124,000 nt of DNA from Octopus vulgaris (lineage: Eukaryota). Under the pieces are notes generated by a model. It searched no databases, was not told the origin of the DNA, and saw only the letters and a program-made list of their open reading frames with translations. This document shows, in pieces, positions 13,741-27,888 of this stretch. Each line of letters starts with the position of its first letter. Position 1 is the stretch's first letter. A program made the translations under genes and the position numbers. Location of the stretch: assembly GCA_951406725.2 (NCBI GenBank), contig OX597825.1, forward strand, positions 14,900,001-15,024,000, written 5' to 3'.

Positions 13741-13952
13741 TTACTCTTTTACTCTTTTACTTGTTTCAGTCATTTGACTGCGGCCATGCTGGAGCACCGC
13801 CTTTAGTCGAGCAAACAGTCCCCGGGACTTATTCTTTGTAAGCCCAGTACTTATTCTTTCGGTCTCTTTTGCCGAACCGCTAAGTTACGGGGACGTAAAC
13901 ACACCAGCATCGGTTGTCAAGCAATGCTAGGGGGACAAACACAGACACACAA

Positions 13953-14024
<72 letters not shown>

Positions 14025-14187
14025 GACAGGCTTCTTTCAGTTTCCGTCTACCAAATCCACTCGCAAGGCATTGGTCGGCCCGAGGCTATAGCAGAAGACA
14101 CTTACCCAAGGTGCCACGCAGTGGGACTGAACCCGGAACCATGTGGTTGGTTAGCAAGCTACTTACCACACAGCCACTCCTGCGCCT
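13741..14187 (-). mobile_element. SINE family B (~400 bp, internal (CA)n(TA)n, (TAAAAGAG)n tail)
   Basis: Minus-strand head aggcgcaggagtggctgtgtggtaag...ggttcagtccc and gcaccttgggtaagtg core; near-identical to copies at 62012, 86985, 103836 and 114500. Confidence 0.9.
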
Positions 14188-15514
14188 ATGCATGCTTCTG
14201 CTAATTTATGTGTGTGTTTATCTTACTCTACGTATGTGTAACCAGCTGATACTTACTGAGCCAAAAAAAAGGGGGGTTACTACAAGAGAAAATATAGAAA
14301 TGTAATTACGACCGTAATTTATCGGATTGTTAACGGAATCTATGATATGTACATTGAAGAAATACTTTTTATTCAGAATATGTTTCTATTGATGTTCCAA
14401 AATTAAAAGTTGTCTTATTCCTGAATATGAATATAAACATGAACTGAATTTAAACAAGAAATCTTTACTTCCAAAGGAATTGTTACAGGTTAGATAGAAA
14501 TATAATTTTTTTTTTGTTTATTTAAATAGTTCCTCCAGTAGCGTTCGCCATATTGAGTTGACATTAGAAACGAGCTCACTGATCCAATTATCAAAAATCG
14601 ATATGCGGCTGCTATTTTTCACTTGTCAATAATTCCTCCGTGGTGTCTTATCTACAATAGGAATTACATTCTCACGTAGACTATAGTTCCGTTATTCGAA
14701 TCATACATGTCTACGAATTACTGAGTTTGATATTTCTTTGGAAGTTTGTTACAGTTTAGATATGTACAAATTGTCTCGTTTTTATGTTAGAAGAATAGTA
14801 TTGCTCCTTACATTTCGATCGAAGAATATTATTGTTCTCTTTTCGATCGTAATAAATACGATAGAAGATATTACTTAATCGTACCAACTTGTAGGCTTTA
14901 TATGGTTTAACAGCAGTTTATTATAAATTATTAAAATTCCTGTATTTCAGTGTAGATCAGATTTATAACGAGCAAATTTCAGATATCTTAAATAGTTTTG
15001 CTTTACAAAAGTGTGTGCAATAATATAAATGTATACCGGTATATAGGCTAGCATACAATATCGTTCTAAGGCCTGCCAAACAGAAAGACGTCACCAGCAT
15101 CCGGTCCAGCCACCCAGTTCAAAAAATTTCCGTTGTATTGCATTTAATGTTGCTGACATGATGACCTCGCTTCTAACAACTCCTTGTGGCCAGCCTTCAA
15201 CAGTAGCAGCCAAGCATATGGCCGCCGTCTCTATTCGGTTATCAAAGCCTGAATGCGCTGGTTCTCAGTAAGAAGCCTATGAAATTGTGTGTCAGTGCGT
15301 GCACGAGGGCGTGGGTGTTTTGTGTGTATGTCTTTAGTTTTAAACAATATAACTTAAGGATAGGCATCTTCAAGCTTTCAATTCTTGCTTTATATATTCA
15401 CTGAGTGGATATACAAATGAAAAGAAGCGCTGATTTACCTGCTACCGAACGGAAACGAGGAGCTATAGGTACTATAAATTGGAGCGATTTGGTTAGAATA
15501 TATTAAAGAATACC

Positions 15515-15744
15515 CATTTCTTTACTACCCACAAGGGGCTAAACACAGAGGGGACAAACAAGGACAGACAAAGGGATTAAGTCCATTATATCGACCCCCA
15601 GTGCGTAACTGGTACTAAATTTATCGACCCCGGAAGGATGAAAGGCAAAGTGGACCTCGGCGGAATTTGAACTCAGAACGTAAGACCAGACGAAATACCG
15701 GTCAGCATTTCACCCGGCGTGCTAACGTTTCTGCCAGCTCGCCG
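15515..15744 (-). mobile_element. SINE family A, full length
   Basis: 17-bp TSD atatattaaagaatacc at 15498-15514 and 15745-15761. Confidence 0.95.
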
Positions 15745-15813
15745 ATATATTAAAGAATACCGGATTATACTACACTTGCACTGAGTCCTGTAATTTATCC
15801 CCTCTTGTGAATA

Positions 15814-15873
<60 letters not shown>

Positions 15874-16759
15874 TATATAGATAGATAGATACATACATAC
15901 ATATATAAATATATATATATATGTGTGTTTGTGTTTGTGTGTGTGTGCGAGTGTATATATATATATATATGTGTGTTTTTGTATATATACACATACATAC
16001 ATATACACACATATTCATATATGTGTGTATCTAAGTATATTGATTCATACATATATACATACTTGAGTAGGTATATATCATAACCTTCATAACGTGATTA
16101 AACCGTTTCTGTCGATTGTGGATCTATGCAGAGACTTGCACTGAACTCTGCGCTCGTAGAGGCGACATTTCGATGTTTGTTGATATAGCATACATTTCTA
16201 AGATGTTTCTTCTTCACTTTCATGAAAGCAGCATTTCATATGTATTATTAGCAATATAAAACGACAACTGTCTCTTTGATTTCATCTCATATTCTCAATT
16301 GTTTGCAGATCAAACGATATGAAAAATCCATTTTTAAAAAATGAATTACACCGCCGCAATAAAGCAACATTCTGTTGTAGTTTGTATTCTGCATTCTGTC
16401 ATCTACACAGGACTTCAATAGTGGAATGAATATAGCAAAATATATAAATCTAACATAAAGCTATTTTTGCAGGTACGTTGCTGCTGCTGCTGCTGCTGCT
16501 GTATTCCGAGAGTGGAAGTTCCATTTGTCTTCTTGATAAAAATGAAATAGATCTACGTCTTATTTGCTGTTCAGTTCACTTGCAGTAATGATATATATAT
16601 TCCGAGATCACCTGACTGAAGTAACTTTGCTGAAGAATACACGCAATTGCATACACATTGATCACAGGGATATATCGATATATCTATCTATCTATCTATC
16701 TCTATTTATCTATCTGTCCATGTATCTATCTGTATATATGTATATAACGGGAAGCTTTA

Positions 16760-16880
16760 TGAAAATAAACAAAAGACGAAGGCAGGTGGAGTACAAACAA
16801 ACAATTGTATTAATAAGGCGCTCAGGAATATAAATAAAACAAGTCTTTTATGTTTCGAGCCTACGCTCCTCAACATATAC
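16760..16880 (-). mobile_element. Short non-autonomous repeat carrying a degenerate HHR-like motif (gagcgtaggctcgaaac family)
   Basis: Similar to 78295-78460 and 92105-92290, including caaaagacgaag.caggtgg.gta.aaacaa and aagtcttt.a.gtttcgagcctacgctc. Confidence 0.7.
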
Positions 16881-16901
16881 ATATATATAATTTATACATA
16901 T

Positions 16902-16971
<70 letters not shown>

Positions 16972-16999
16972 TTACATATATATATACATATATATATAT

Positions 17000-17185
17000 A
17001 GTTAATCCGAACAAGAAAGCACAAAAAAAAACACAACAACGCGAGGACGTGGAACAAATATAGTATTATTGGACGCTCAGGAAGGAAGGGAAGAAGGAGG
17101 GTTTAACGATTCGAGTGATGCTCTTTGTCGGAAACATAGGAGAAGGAAAAATCCAGAGAAGGGAAGACAGAGGGAAAATATCGAC
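17000..17185 (-). mobile_element. Sibling repeat with degenerate HHR-like motif (ccgac core)
   Basis: Minus strand reads gttt-CCGACAA-A-GAGCatcACTC-GAATC-GTT-aaac (17101-17135); same layout as the preceding element (gacgctcagga...tttaacg.ttcgag). Confidence 0.5.
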
Positions 17186-17189
17186 AACA

Positions 17190-17342
17190 CGTCCCCGTAA
17201 CTTAGTGATTCGGCAAAAGAAGCCGATAGAATAAGTACTAGGCTTACATAGAATAAGTCCTGGTGTCGATTTCCTCGACTAAAGGCGCTGCTCCACCATG
17301 GCCGAAGTCAAAAATGACTGAAACAAATAAAAGAGTAAAATA
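17190..17342 (+). mobile_element. SINE family B, 3' part
   Basis: ccccgtaacttag...aatgactgaaacaaataaaagagtaaaa. Confidence 0.8.
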
Positions 17343-17992
17343 GTCACTTTGATCAAGTAAAATTATCCAAGGCGGTGCTCCAGCATGGCAGCTGTCTAAT
17401 TAATGAAACTGCATATTTTAAAGGAATCTGCTATATCAAGCCATCATTGTTCCGCGAGTAGCCATTCATTGCAGAGATGTATATGTTCTTTTAGTATGTA
17501 TTGACTCTATAAGGTTAGTCGCCATCCGGGCAGATGTAATGAAGTATAACAGGTTCAATGAAGGGGGTCTGATATTTTCGTGTGTACACGATTTATTTTA
17601 TCAGTAGGTGGAAATATACATTGCAAAATTTGTTGTTCATAATTCGTCCTATCTATGAGATTTGTAGCCAAAACTGAAGCCTAGAGAAAGTGTCCGGCGG
17701 GCATTGTGACTGAGTTTCAGACGAACCGCGCTCAGAATGTATTCCATACAAATAAGATTCAATGTTGGTTTATTCATAAGCTGCAAAGTAACGAAGAGCA
17801 GCGGACGAAATATTTGACAGCGTATATATTTGCTCGTGTATGCTGTGAATTGAAATAACATTTAGATGAAGTTGTCGACGATCGTAAATTTGATAAGTTC
17901 CTGTCTCAGTATATGCGTTTATATACATGCATAAAAGCACAGTTCCTCATAAATTTACATCTGTACATATATACATACATATATGCATAAAA

Positions 17993-18037
<45 letters not shown>

Positions 18038-18212
18038 CTGTACACCACTTCAAATAATCTATAGATAAGCTCACATACACACATGTGTATATATATAGAT
18101 AGATAGATAAATAGATAGATAGGTAGACAGACAGATAGATATATAGACAGACAGACAGATATATAGACAGACAGACAGGCATATAGATATATCGACAGAC
18201 AGACAGACAGAC

Positions 18213-18283
<71 letters not shown>

Positions 18284-18481
18284 CAGATAGATAGATAGAT
18301 ACACATGCATATAAGAATAAGCGTATGTATATACAAAAGTTTATTCACACTCATAGTCACACACATGCGCTCTCAAACACACACACACACACTAACACAT
18401 TAATACATACACACACGTATCGTTATATATTTTATTTCTATTATACGGCCATAGTGTAAACAAATATCGTATATATATCGT

Positions 18482-18518
<37 letters not shown>

Positions 18519-19678
18519 ACGTACATTGTTTATAAAAGAATTTGTGTATCATTTCCTCTCCTTGGCCATGTTCCTCTTAAGTATAGACAAATATCACCAC
18601 TATCATTATTAACTATCTGTCATTATAATGTAAAAGGATATTTCAGCCTAGAACGTCTTAATTATAATCTTATAATCTTTTGCCAGTATGATAAAGTATT
18701 TTTAACAAAGACTGAAAAAGATTTGCTCCCTATTTAGATTATAGCTGTTCTGGTATTAATCCTCGTCTTTGTAGTCACCTATTACTTTGCGTATATTTTT
18801 ACTATTTATTGTTTATCCTGCATTCCGAATCGTTATATTTTTCATACTGTAGAGCATTCTGTAAGTATTACTTTCGCCAGTCTGCAGATCTTTATGCTTG
18901 CATAACTCATCCGTTCTTTTTGAAGCAGATATTCACTTGTCAGGATGAATGCGCCTTCTTCTGACAGCGTATTTGAATTAATCAGCATATATAACTTCTA
19001 TCAAATTTCCATTTTGTCATTCCTAAACAGATCATGTAATGTATATTCTGTAATCTGTTTCCTGCATAAATTCCATTTTCTTTTTACACAACCATCATTA
19101 GTCGCTTGTTATATATTACTAAAGTATTATTAATGTTATATGGTATTACTTTCTTATATAATATTTCATATCAGTCGATGGTAAAATAAGTAGGTTATCG
19201 AACGTCATTTGTTGTATCTCGGGTGGATTATTATGCCAATTAAAATCACATGCAATAGTCTTTAGATAGGGTATGCCCTTGATAAAGTTGCGAACGGTAA
19301 CAGAGTGACTTTGGCAGATTTGATTAATAAAAAAACCGGTTAGTTAATTGGTTAAATGGTAGATCAATAGGTTAAAAAAATTAAAGATATGAAACAGAAC
19401 CAATGAATATATTTATTATAGACATAACGACCCTCCCAATATACAGCAAAATATGCTTCAGCAAACGGTTTCATATCAGGAAAATTTACGAACCAAAAAG
19501 AAAATCGAAAATAGTTTTTGACAATTAATTAAGACAAGTAAAGTCCGCTTTCGAAACCATCCAGTACATATCATTTCCATTCTTCCAATATACAAGGTAA
19601 AAGTATACAAATTATTATACAGTCAATTTTATCTAGTCTTTGACTGAACCCATATTGTGTAGCCCCAATCGAAGAAAT

Positions 19679-19764
19679 TCGGTACATAAATGTTAAGAGA
19701 TATGAAAGTAATGTTTGGTTACAACTAAACATTACTTTCATATCTCTTAACATTTATGTACCGA
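19679..19764. repeat. Perfect 38-bp-arm inverted repeat with 10-nt loop
   Basis: tcggtacataaatgttaagagatatgaaagtaatgttt / aaacattactttcatatctcttaacatttatgtaccga. Confidence 0.95.
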
Positions 19765-20713
19765 TTCCGGGAGTTTTTAAAGTATATAACTAAGTGTTGA
19801 CTAAGTCATCCCGAAATCAGTTGCTTTAGATTACGTATGCGCAGATGCCATGTACTGATTTCGAAGAGTATTCGTAGGTGAACGCATTGAAAATACTTCA
19901 AGTTCACTTCCGATGTAATATATTATTTTACTTGACTAACCTACATGAATGGTAGTATCACAAAGGCTTGCTGGGAAAGTAACCCGTTATTTACATCTAG
20001 ACACTGGTATATTTTTGATAGCCTACTGGTTTGATATTTCCCTTATGCTTTCATATGAAGTTTTATTTTTTCCACTTGAAAGCCAGTATTTCAATGATTG
20101 CGACGTAATTTGTTGTTGTAATTTGATTCTCCTCACTCTCGTTGATTTCTTTGTTTCTTTTTTATTTTAAGCCCCCTGTTTTCTTCTTCACCTCATCTTT
20201 TATATACCTGTGTACAGGACGTAATTAGAACTTTAAAAAACACCGCGAAACTAAGGCTCGTCTTATATACTCTGTATAAAATCTGAAACTTAAATTCATC
20301 TGGTTTAGAGTAGCATTAATGTCAATGTAAAAAAGTCGACGCATCAGTGGCGTCACTACAGTAGATATGTATTATAGATGGTAATTTACAATATTTGACC
20401 ACGTTTTGAAAATAACTAGATAAATACTATACAACCAAGACTGAAGAATTGTTGCATACAAAGTTTACTGACTGAAACATAGTTAAAATGCCATCGAAAC
20501 ACGAGAAAAGCAGGAGCCGCCGCAGGGGGAACCAAAGCGCACCCGTCCACTTCAGCTATGAAACTCGAGCCTTCGGCGCTCGAGCTATTTTGCATGAAAA
20601 CTTGGGTTAGACTTATATAGCAAGTATGGCTCAAAACTCACACTTTCAATGGAAATCTTGAGGGTCATCTTGTAAAGCCAGTCATTTTATATAACGATAT
20701 ATATATATATATA

Positions 20714-20745
<32 letters not shown>

Positions 20746-20764
20746 GTGGCGATTAAACTACTCT

Positions 20765-20799
<35 letters not shown>

Positions 20800-21167
20800 A
20801 CGTGCGTGTGTATGTATGATGTATGCATGTATATATGTGTGTGACAATACGCTTTTAAAATGTACTTACATATATAAAATTTATTGACGCCTGTTCAAGA
20901 ACATAAAAAAGTAGCCATTGTTATTTCATTAGATTCAAAAGCTTTATTTATGTTTTAAAAAGGAGACATAGTAAATACTTTCTTTGCCATAATTCGATTT
21001 AAATTCTTACAATTCCATAACAAAATGTATCAGTGGCGTCTTGCATCTAAAATTAACAGCAACTTTTGGTCTTTTGACAAAAAAATAAAAGCAAGTTGAA
21101 TAACTTAGAGACGGACATTTGCTAACTATTCGAAAATATATTTCGGATTATATTATTTCCGTTGACG

Positions 21168-21576
21168 AAGGCGGCGAGCTGGCAGAAACGTTAGCACACC
21201 GGGCGAAATGCTTAGGGGTATTTCGTCTGCCGCTGCGTTCTGAATTCAAATTCCGCCGAGGTCGACTCAGCCTTTCATCCTTTCGGGGTCGATTAAATAA
21301 GTACCAGTTACGCACTGGGGTCGATATAATCGACTTCATCCTTTTGTCTGTCCTTGTTTGCACCTCTATGTTTAGCCCCTTGTGGGTAGTAAAGAAATAA
21401 GAAACGTTTGAACGCCGGGCGAAATGCTTTGCGGTACTTTGTCTCTCATTACGTTCTGAATTGAAATTCAGGCTTTCAGGGTCGATAAATTAAGTACCAG
21501 TTGCGTACTGAGATCAATCCAATCCACTAGCCCCCTTCTCAAATATTTCGGACCTTGTGCCTAGAGTAGGAAAGAA
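21168..21576 (+). mobile_element. SINE family A heterodimer (A tail plus A' tail) inside one TSD
   Basis: 14-bp TSD tatttccgttgacg at 21154-21167 and 21577-21590 flanks both units. Confidence 0.9.
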
Positions 21577-22128
21577 TATTTCCGTTGACGTCATTTCGAG
21601 AAAATATATTGCGAGTTTGTTTTATTTTTATTCTTATTTTTGCCGATGAAATATGAGGAAAAAAGGTTTAGTTTTAAATCGTCGTATTGTACTCGTTGAT
21701 CTCTTACCGACATTGCAGATCTTTCTCAGAATATTACTGCGGTCACCAAATTGTTGTTAGATCTGTATTCTAATATATTTCGAACAATGAAATTTCAGCA
21801 GATAAATCTACCTGCACTGCATCGAATGCTGTGCAGAGCGATACCTTGTCATTCACTTCTCACAGTAAGATAATTTATTGATTCTTAATTCTTATATCCA
21901 TACTACTAATTATCGTTTCTGCCTACCTCTACACTGCTCCATTTTTCCCTTTCAATCATGTAAAATATGCTAAACGTACACCGGGGAACTCCTTACTTAA
22001 AATATGTTATGAAGAGCAGTACGACAGATGATGCCTAGTAGATGTATGCGGTGAAATTGCTCTCAAGTCAAACCACTAGGGACATAACCAAGACATAGTT
22101 TAGATACAACATTCTAAAGTCTCCTTGA

Positions 22129-22190
<62 letters not shown>

Positions 22191-22426
22191 AGAAAAAATA
22201 GAAAATGCTACAATAATTTTATAAAGAACAGTTCAGTACCGGTTTCAATTATTGAGATTTTTTCAACTGTAACAATTAAATTATTAGATTTAGAAAAATT
22301 AAGAGAAAAGTTTTTTAAAAAGAATATTTGTATAGTGTTCAAGTATAAGTGGTATTTTCCTTGTTTCTGCCTGTCTCTGTCTCTCTTGTTTACTCTTGTG
22401 GGCTCGAGGTCATTGTGGTCTCGAGG

Positions 22427-22472
<46 letters not shown>

Positions 22473-25400
22473 TGAGAGCAATATTCCTTTCATGAATGGA
22501 ATGTATGTATTCACAGTGTTCCAGTATTTCAATTCAATATGGAAATATTACATATGTTTTGTGTTCATATGTCAAACATAATTCCAATTGTGGTTGTAAT
22601 AATTTTAAAAGCTATTTTCATCCTTAATCAGTTAATTTTAGGTGATTTTAATTTCAATATCACTTACTCTATTCCTAGTTTTTCCTTATCTCTCTCTATA
22701 TATATACAATGTTTTTTGAGAGCGGCTCCAAATATAACTATATTTCATAAAAGATATATCGATTGCTTCTGGTCATCCTGAGATATATATATATATGTAT
22801 ATAATCCAGGTTATATTCTATTGCAGTGAGTGATTTAACAATCAGTTATTGTATTTCAGCTGTATTTTTTATGATCTCAAAGAAGGTTGAGCATCAAAAG
22901 TAAATTAATACTAAAGCGCTTTCTTAGCTCCGTCGAACAGAGAATTATTTCGAAGCATTCGAGTTAGTATCTCAATATTGTAACGTATTTTATGCTTTTT
23001 ATGCCCCGGTTTATATTTCCGGTTTGCTAAAAATATCTTTCTTAAATGTTGGTGTCCTACAGGCATTCTGTTGCAAAATACTATCTGATATAATGCTGTC
23101 TGTAATATAGGTGAATGTCAGATTTAATATTTTGATTGGAAATAATTTTAATAGAACCAACATTGTTAAGAACACTTTTTTTGCAGTTTCTGTATTTTTA
23201 TATTCATGCAATTTTTTTTTTTTATAAAATGTTGGAAGCTTTTATCAATTATAAAAATTACTTTTCCCATATGTTTCTTGTAGCAGTTCCATTTCATTTA
23301 CATTTCTTTATATTTTATATTATTTTATATTTTTCGTGATCGGAAATTTATTGTCTGTAATGATTTCATTCATTACAATGGTGACATTTCAATTTGGATA
23401 ATAAAATAATAAATTTACATTTCTATACATATAAATATGCATGGATATATGCGTATGAATGTGTGCAATTTATCATTGAATGGAATTCAAAAATCGTTTA
23501 TAATAATAATATCAAAGCAATGTTTGTAAGAAAGAAATTGTAATTACTATAATTACTTTATTCAAAGATGTTGATATTTTCAGATGTGACATGCCTGACT
23601 AAACTTGAGAAATATCGACATGCGTCGCTGAACAATCCATTAGCAATGACACACAAATAAATTCATAAAATTAATTCACATCTCAATGCTGTTAAACACT
23701 TTATATTTTAATTGATTCAATATTTTCTTGACGTTCTGCGAATGATTTGCATTTATATAATTTTAACTATGTTTCTATTTTCGTAACAATTTTTATATTA
23801 CTAGCATCAAACAGCGACAGTTTTTACTTGTATTTAAATTCATTACATTATTGTTTCTATATTGAATTTATATATATTTATTCATTTTTTCCTCATCAAA
23901 ACTCAATCATGTTCGAATGCATTTTAATTTAATAACAAAATTTAATGTATTATTTTTTCCAATGAGTTTTGCATAATACGTTTCAAAATTTCCAAGTATT
24001 TACATGCTTCTGGATTTAAGTATCAAACTTTCAAATACCGTATATTTCCTGGGGTTACTGAAGAGTAAATGTTGTCTGTAGGTGTAGGTCAATATCGATG
24101 TATATATACAGTAATCATTATATATTTATGTTTAGCAATTTAGCAATTAAAAAATAATTTCTGTATAGCATTAAATGATTCCTTAAACTACAAACAAGAT
24201 TATTTTTGTGTTATATTCTCAGATTAAGGCAGGAATATATATATGCCTGAAGTATTAAAGGAATTATTCAGTTAGTTCAACAGTTTTTTAAGAGCACCTA
24301 GCATTTACACTTCCTCGAATAAAGTGACAAATAAGCATTTTTTCTGGAAATTCTATCATGTTATTAAATTCCATTAATTGGTTTGGCAAATATATACACT
24401 TATACTTTTTGTGGCGTTGCTACAACGAGAGGAAAACATTAAAAAGACATTATGCTTCTAATAAAATTAGTACAGAACACATGCAGTAAAAGCTACGAAT
24501 AACAACAGAAAAAATAAACTGCTTTCAAACGCGGTTCACACATTTTTAAAGTACTACCGAACAGATGTTATTGAGTTATGAACAAACACGGACTGCACAT
24601 AAACATGCCTGGCAAGGTAAAAATAAATATTAATTGCTAATAAACAGACTGATAAAAGCAGTCATGTTTGGAAAACATGTATGTGTATGTAAAATGTTCG
24701 TGATAAAGCGTGACAGAAAACTGAAAATATTATCGATAAAAGTTGCTGACATCCCCATGATTGCCAATGGATCACAGTTCTGCTGCATTTCGGATTCTGC
24801 TTGAGAGAAATACTGATTATTATCCATCCTAGACTAAATATTAAATGAATATTGGACGAGATTCTCAAGGAACAGAAGTTAAAAATTCATTCAGATCATA
24901 TGAAATTTAGTTAAGGTGGCAACTCTTAAATGTAAAGAGCTTACTTTTTTTTAAATGTGCCGGCCTCTACACGGAGTGAGCTTCATGAAAAATGACAATA
25001 TCCTGTAAACATGCAGAGGTCCGCAAACAACTGTGATTATAACGTATGAACCCAAACGCATGCGGTCGTCGAGATGGGGATTATAGATTAGAGGCCATTG
25101 AAGAAGTTCTTGATAGACACCACCTTGAAGTGGATGAACTTGTGGCTTGACGAAATACTGACTAAATTCGTAGATTTGCTACTGGAAAAGATGTCAAAAG
25201 CAACCCCGACCGATACCTGTGAATAAATTTTGTATAAAGAAGTCAAATAAAGTATTTAGTAACAAATAAAGGAATTAAATAGATTTGCCTGTATAAGCCT
25301 GGCATCATCATTTTTTATTTCTCCCATGAGAATGGTACCAAAATAGCACTCGCTAGATGGGGCCCATTTTTATGACTACCTGATTATTTATGTAAACCAT

Positions 25401-27186
25401 ACTTCCAGCACCCATGGCTGATGTAGATAACTATATTTATCAAGGATTGTGGGAGCGTGATTAGCCACAAGACTCTTTTATTCATCCATCTCATTCTAGA
25501 ATCACATTACTGAATGTTGTATGCACTTCCGGTGAACGTGATGCCAAAGAATATAATACTTCCTTTGACAGCTTTCAGTTTCAAATTAAGCAGATTTTCT
25601 CTTACTTGTCGCCATTCACTCTGAGGCCGTCAGCGCCTAATCGAGATATGTGCAGTGGAAATCTTTCCTAACACAAAAACATCTTGAAATCCGCCAGGGA
25701 ACCCTCTGCCATCTAATCAATGAAGATGTATACATCTCTATTTCAGTAAAACTTTGGTTTTGTAAAGATATAATACCCTATAATGAAAGAGCGCATCTAA
25801 ATAAGCAATCAATTTGAGATCAGGTTATTCTAGAATGGACTGTAATCTATACATTCAAATGCAAATATTATCGCTCTTGGTATTTTCAAATTTGGTGAAG
25901 GACCCTTCTAAAGTTAATAGACGTTGTTGACAACTACATTGATATTCTCGCTTCCCTTGGTCATTACGAAATTTATAAAGTAAATGCTAATAAATATTTT
26001 TTACGCAGTAACCGTGCATTTGATATTCTTGTCGCTAATATTAAGTGTCATCGACCCTTTCCCAAGAAGGTGCAGTGTGTCTTTCCAGTCCACTGAAGAG
26101 ATAACATGTTCCAAACAAGATCAGCAAAACGGTGCACACAGATCACACGTATGCAAAATGTGGAGTGAAGGCCATATTCATCATTGGTCAGTACTTCACA
26201 TCTACACCTATGGATTTGTCTGTCCACAGAACTCTGCACAACGTATCTATAGATCCCACGTTGTCCAGATTTAGAGAAAACCATAACTCAACTGTGTAGC
26301 TAGTTGTGGATAAGTAGGTTCGTTAAATAGTTCTTAAATGATTCGACGGTATTTTAGATTAGAAATAATCGATGCCTGCTTCTTGTCCATCAATATTCGA
26401 ATTTCATGTAAATAGAGGTCTTCGATGTTGAACAACACGTACGGAATGGACATTCTGTCTCCCTAGCAATCGATAGTTAGTAGTGCTACTATTTCCGAAA
26501 TAATCGGTCTTCCAACAAACAGTCGTTCGATTTTGCTCGCAACCCTGAGCCGCAACAGATATTTTCAGTTGCTGCACTTATTCCTCGGATTATACTTGTT
26601 TCATTCTTCATGTCTGAAGTGCGTGTTGTTTTACGCGTGAGATACGCAAGACTATTTTTCAGTATGATCCAGGACACTTTTATTCTTATTCGGACATGCA
26701 ATGCTCTGTTCGGACCACAGCCTAGTCTGCGTGCTTTTAACGACCTGTTTCAACATGAACAGCGCAACTGCACTTAAGTAACCAGACATATCATCATAAG
26801 AGTCGTTATTATTATTTGCAGTTCGTGTAACGTGTGTGGGTAGGTTCCAAATTGATTAAACGAAGATATCACTGATTAGTTCACGTGAGCTATGTTTCAA
26901 AAATCGGTTAACATTAATGCAGTAATCACCATTTTCATATTAGATGATGTTTTTGAGACTTTACCATTATTAGTTGCATTCGCATCCCAGTCGTTTGCAA
27001 CACTTTGGTGACCGCAGGTGGCCTTAATTATTGACCACGAAGATCGGAGTAGAACTGAACTTTCAGAAGATTGTTCTTTAACCCTGCCGCAATTGTTGCT
27101 CATAAATGTCAACAGTTTAGGAGGCAGTACTGGTCAAGGTGACCACCACATAACGGTACAAAGCAATTTCAGATTTCCAAGAAATA

Positions 27187-27417
27187 TATTGGGTTATCCG
27201 GAAAGTTCTTGCCGATTTTTGAAGGAAAGAAAAAAGGTCAATAAATACTTGCCAATATATTTTTAATCAACCAAATATGAACCATTTTGTTACACAATGC
27301 GTCTCCATCTTTCCTTTAACTTGAAAATACCCTCTTCCGAGAATTGAGGTTCCTGTGAGGGTAAGTCGAAAAGTAAGCTACTATAAAATCGGCACGAACT
27401 TTCCAGACAACCTAATA
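27187..27417. mobile_element. Mariner-derived MITE
   Basis: TIRs tattgggttatccggaaagttcttgccgattt / aaatcggcacgaactttccagacaacctaata; the interior matches the ends of the mariner remnants at 45885 and 53720. Confidence 0.9.
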
Positions 27418-27811
27418 CTTCCTACAATTGTCAACAGCAATCGAGACTGATATATACTATTTTAGGAGTTCGTTGGAAGCAGCAACAATACCGAAATGAC
27501 ACTTACACACCCGATCTAATTTAGAAGTACTTGTGCAGCGATGAAGAATAATGGTAAGGAATGATTTTGGCACATATTATATGTAGCAATTTCTTAAGCT
27601 TCTGGGAGTTCTATCATAGCTGGACAGTTCTGAATCTAGTTACCTGTTGTAAGCGTATACTAGTAAAGGTAATGGAAATTGATCACATTGATCCCGATTA
27701 CTGCTATTTCTACACCAAGGGAACAATATCGTTTTGCTTCTTTTTTCTATCTGTCATATTTTACTTGTCTGATTTTCTATCTATCTGTCTGCCTCTTTCT
27801 CTCTCACTCTA

Positions 27812-27888
<77 letters not shown>

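Noticed and set aside
22539-22781. LILGDFN as an APE-endonuclease motif
   Set aside because: A single short motif in low-complexity AT-rich sequence, with no other APE motifs nearby.
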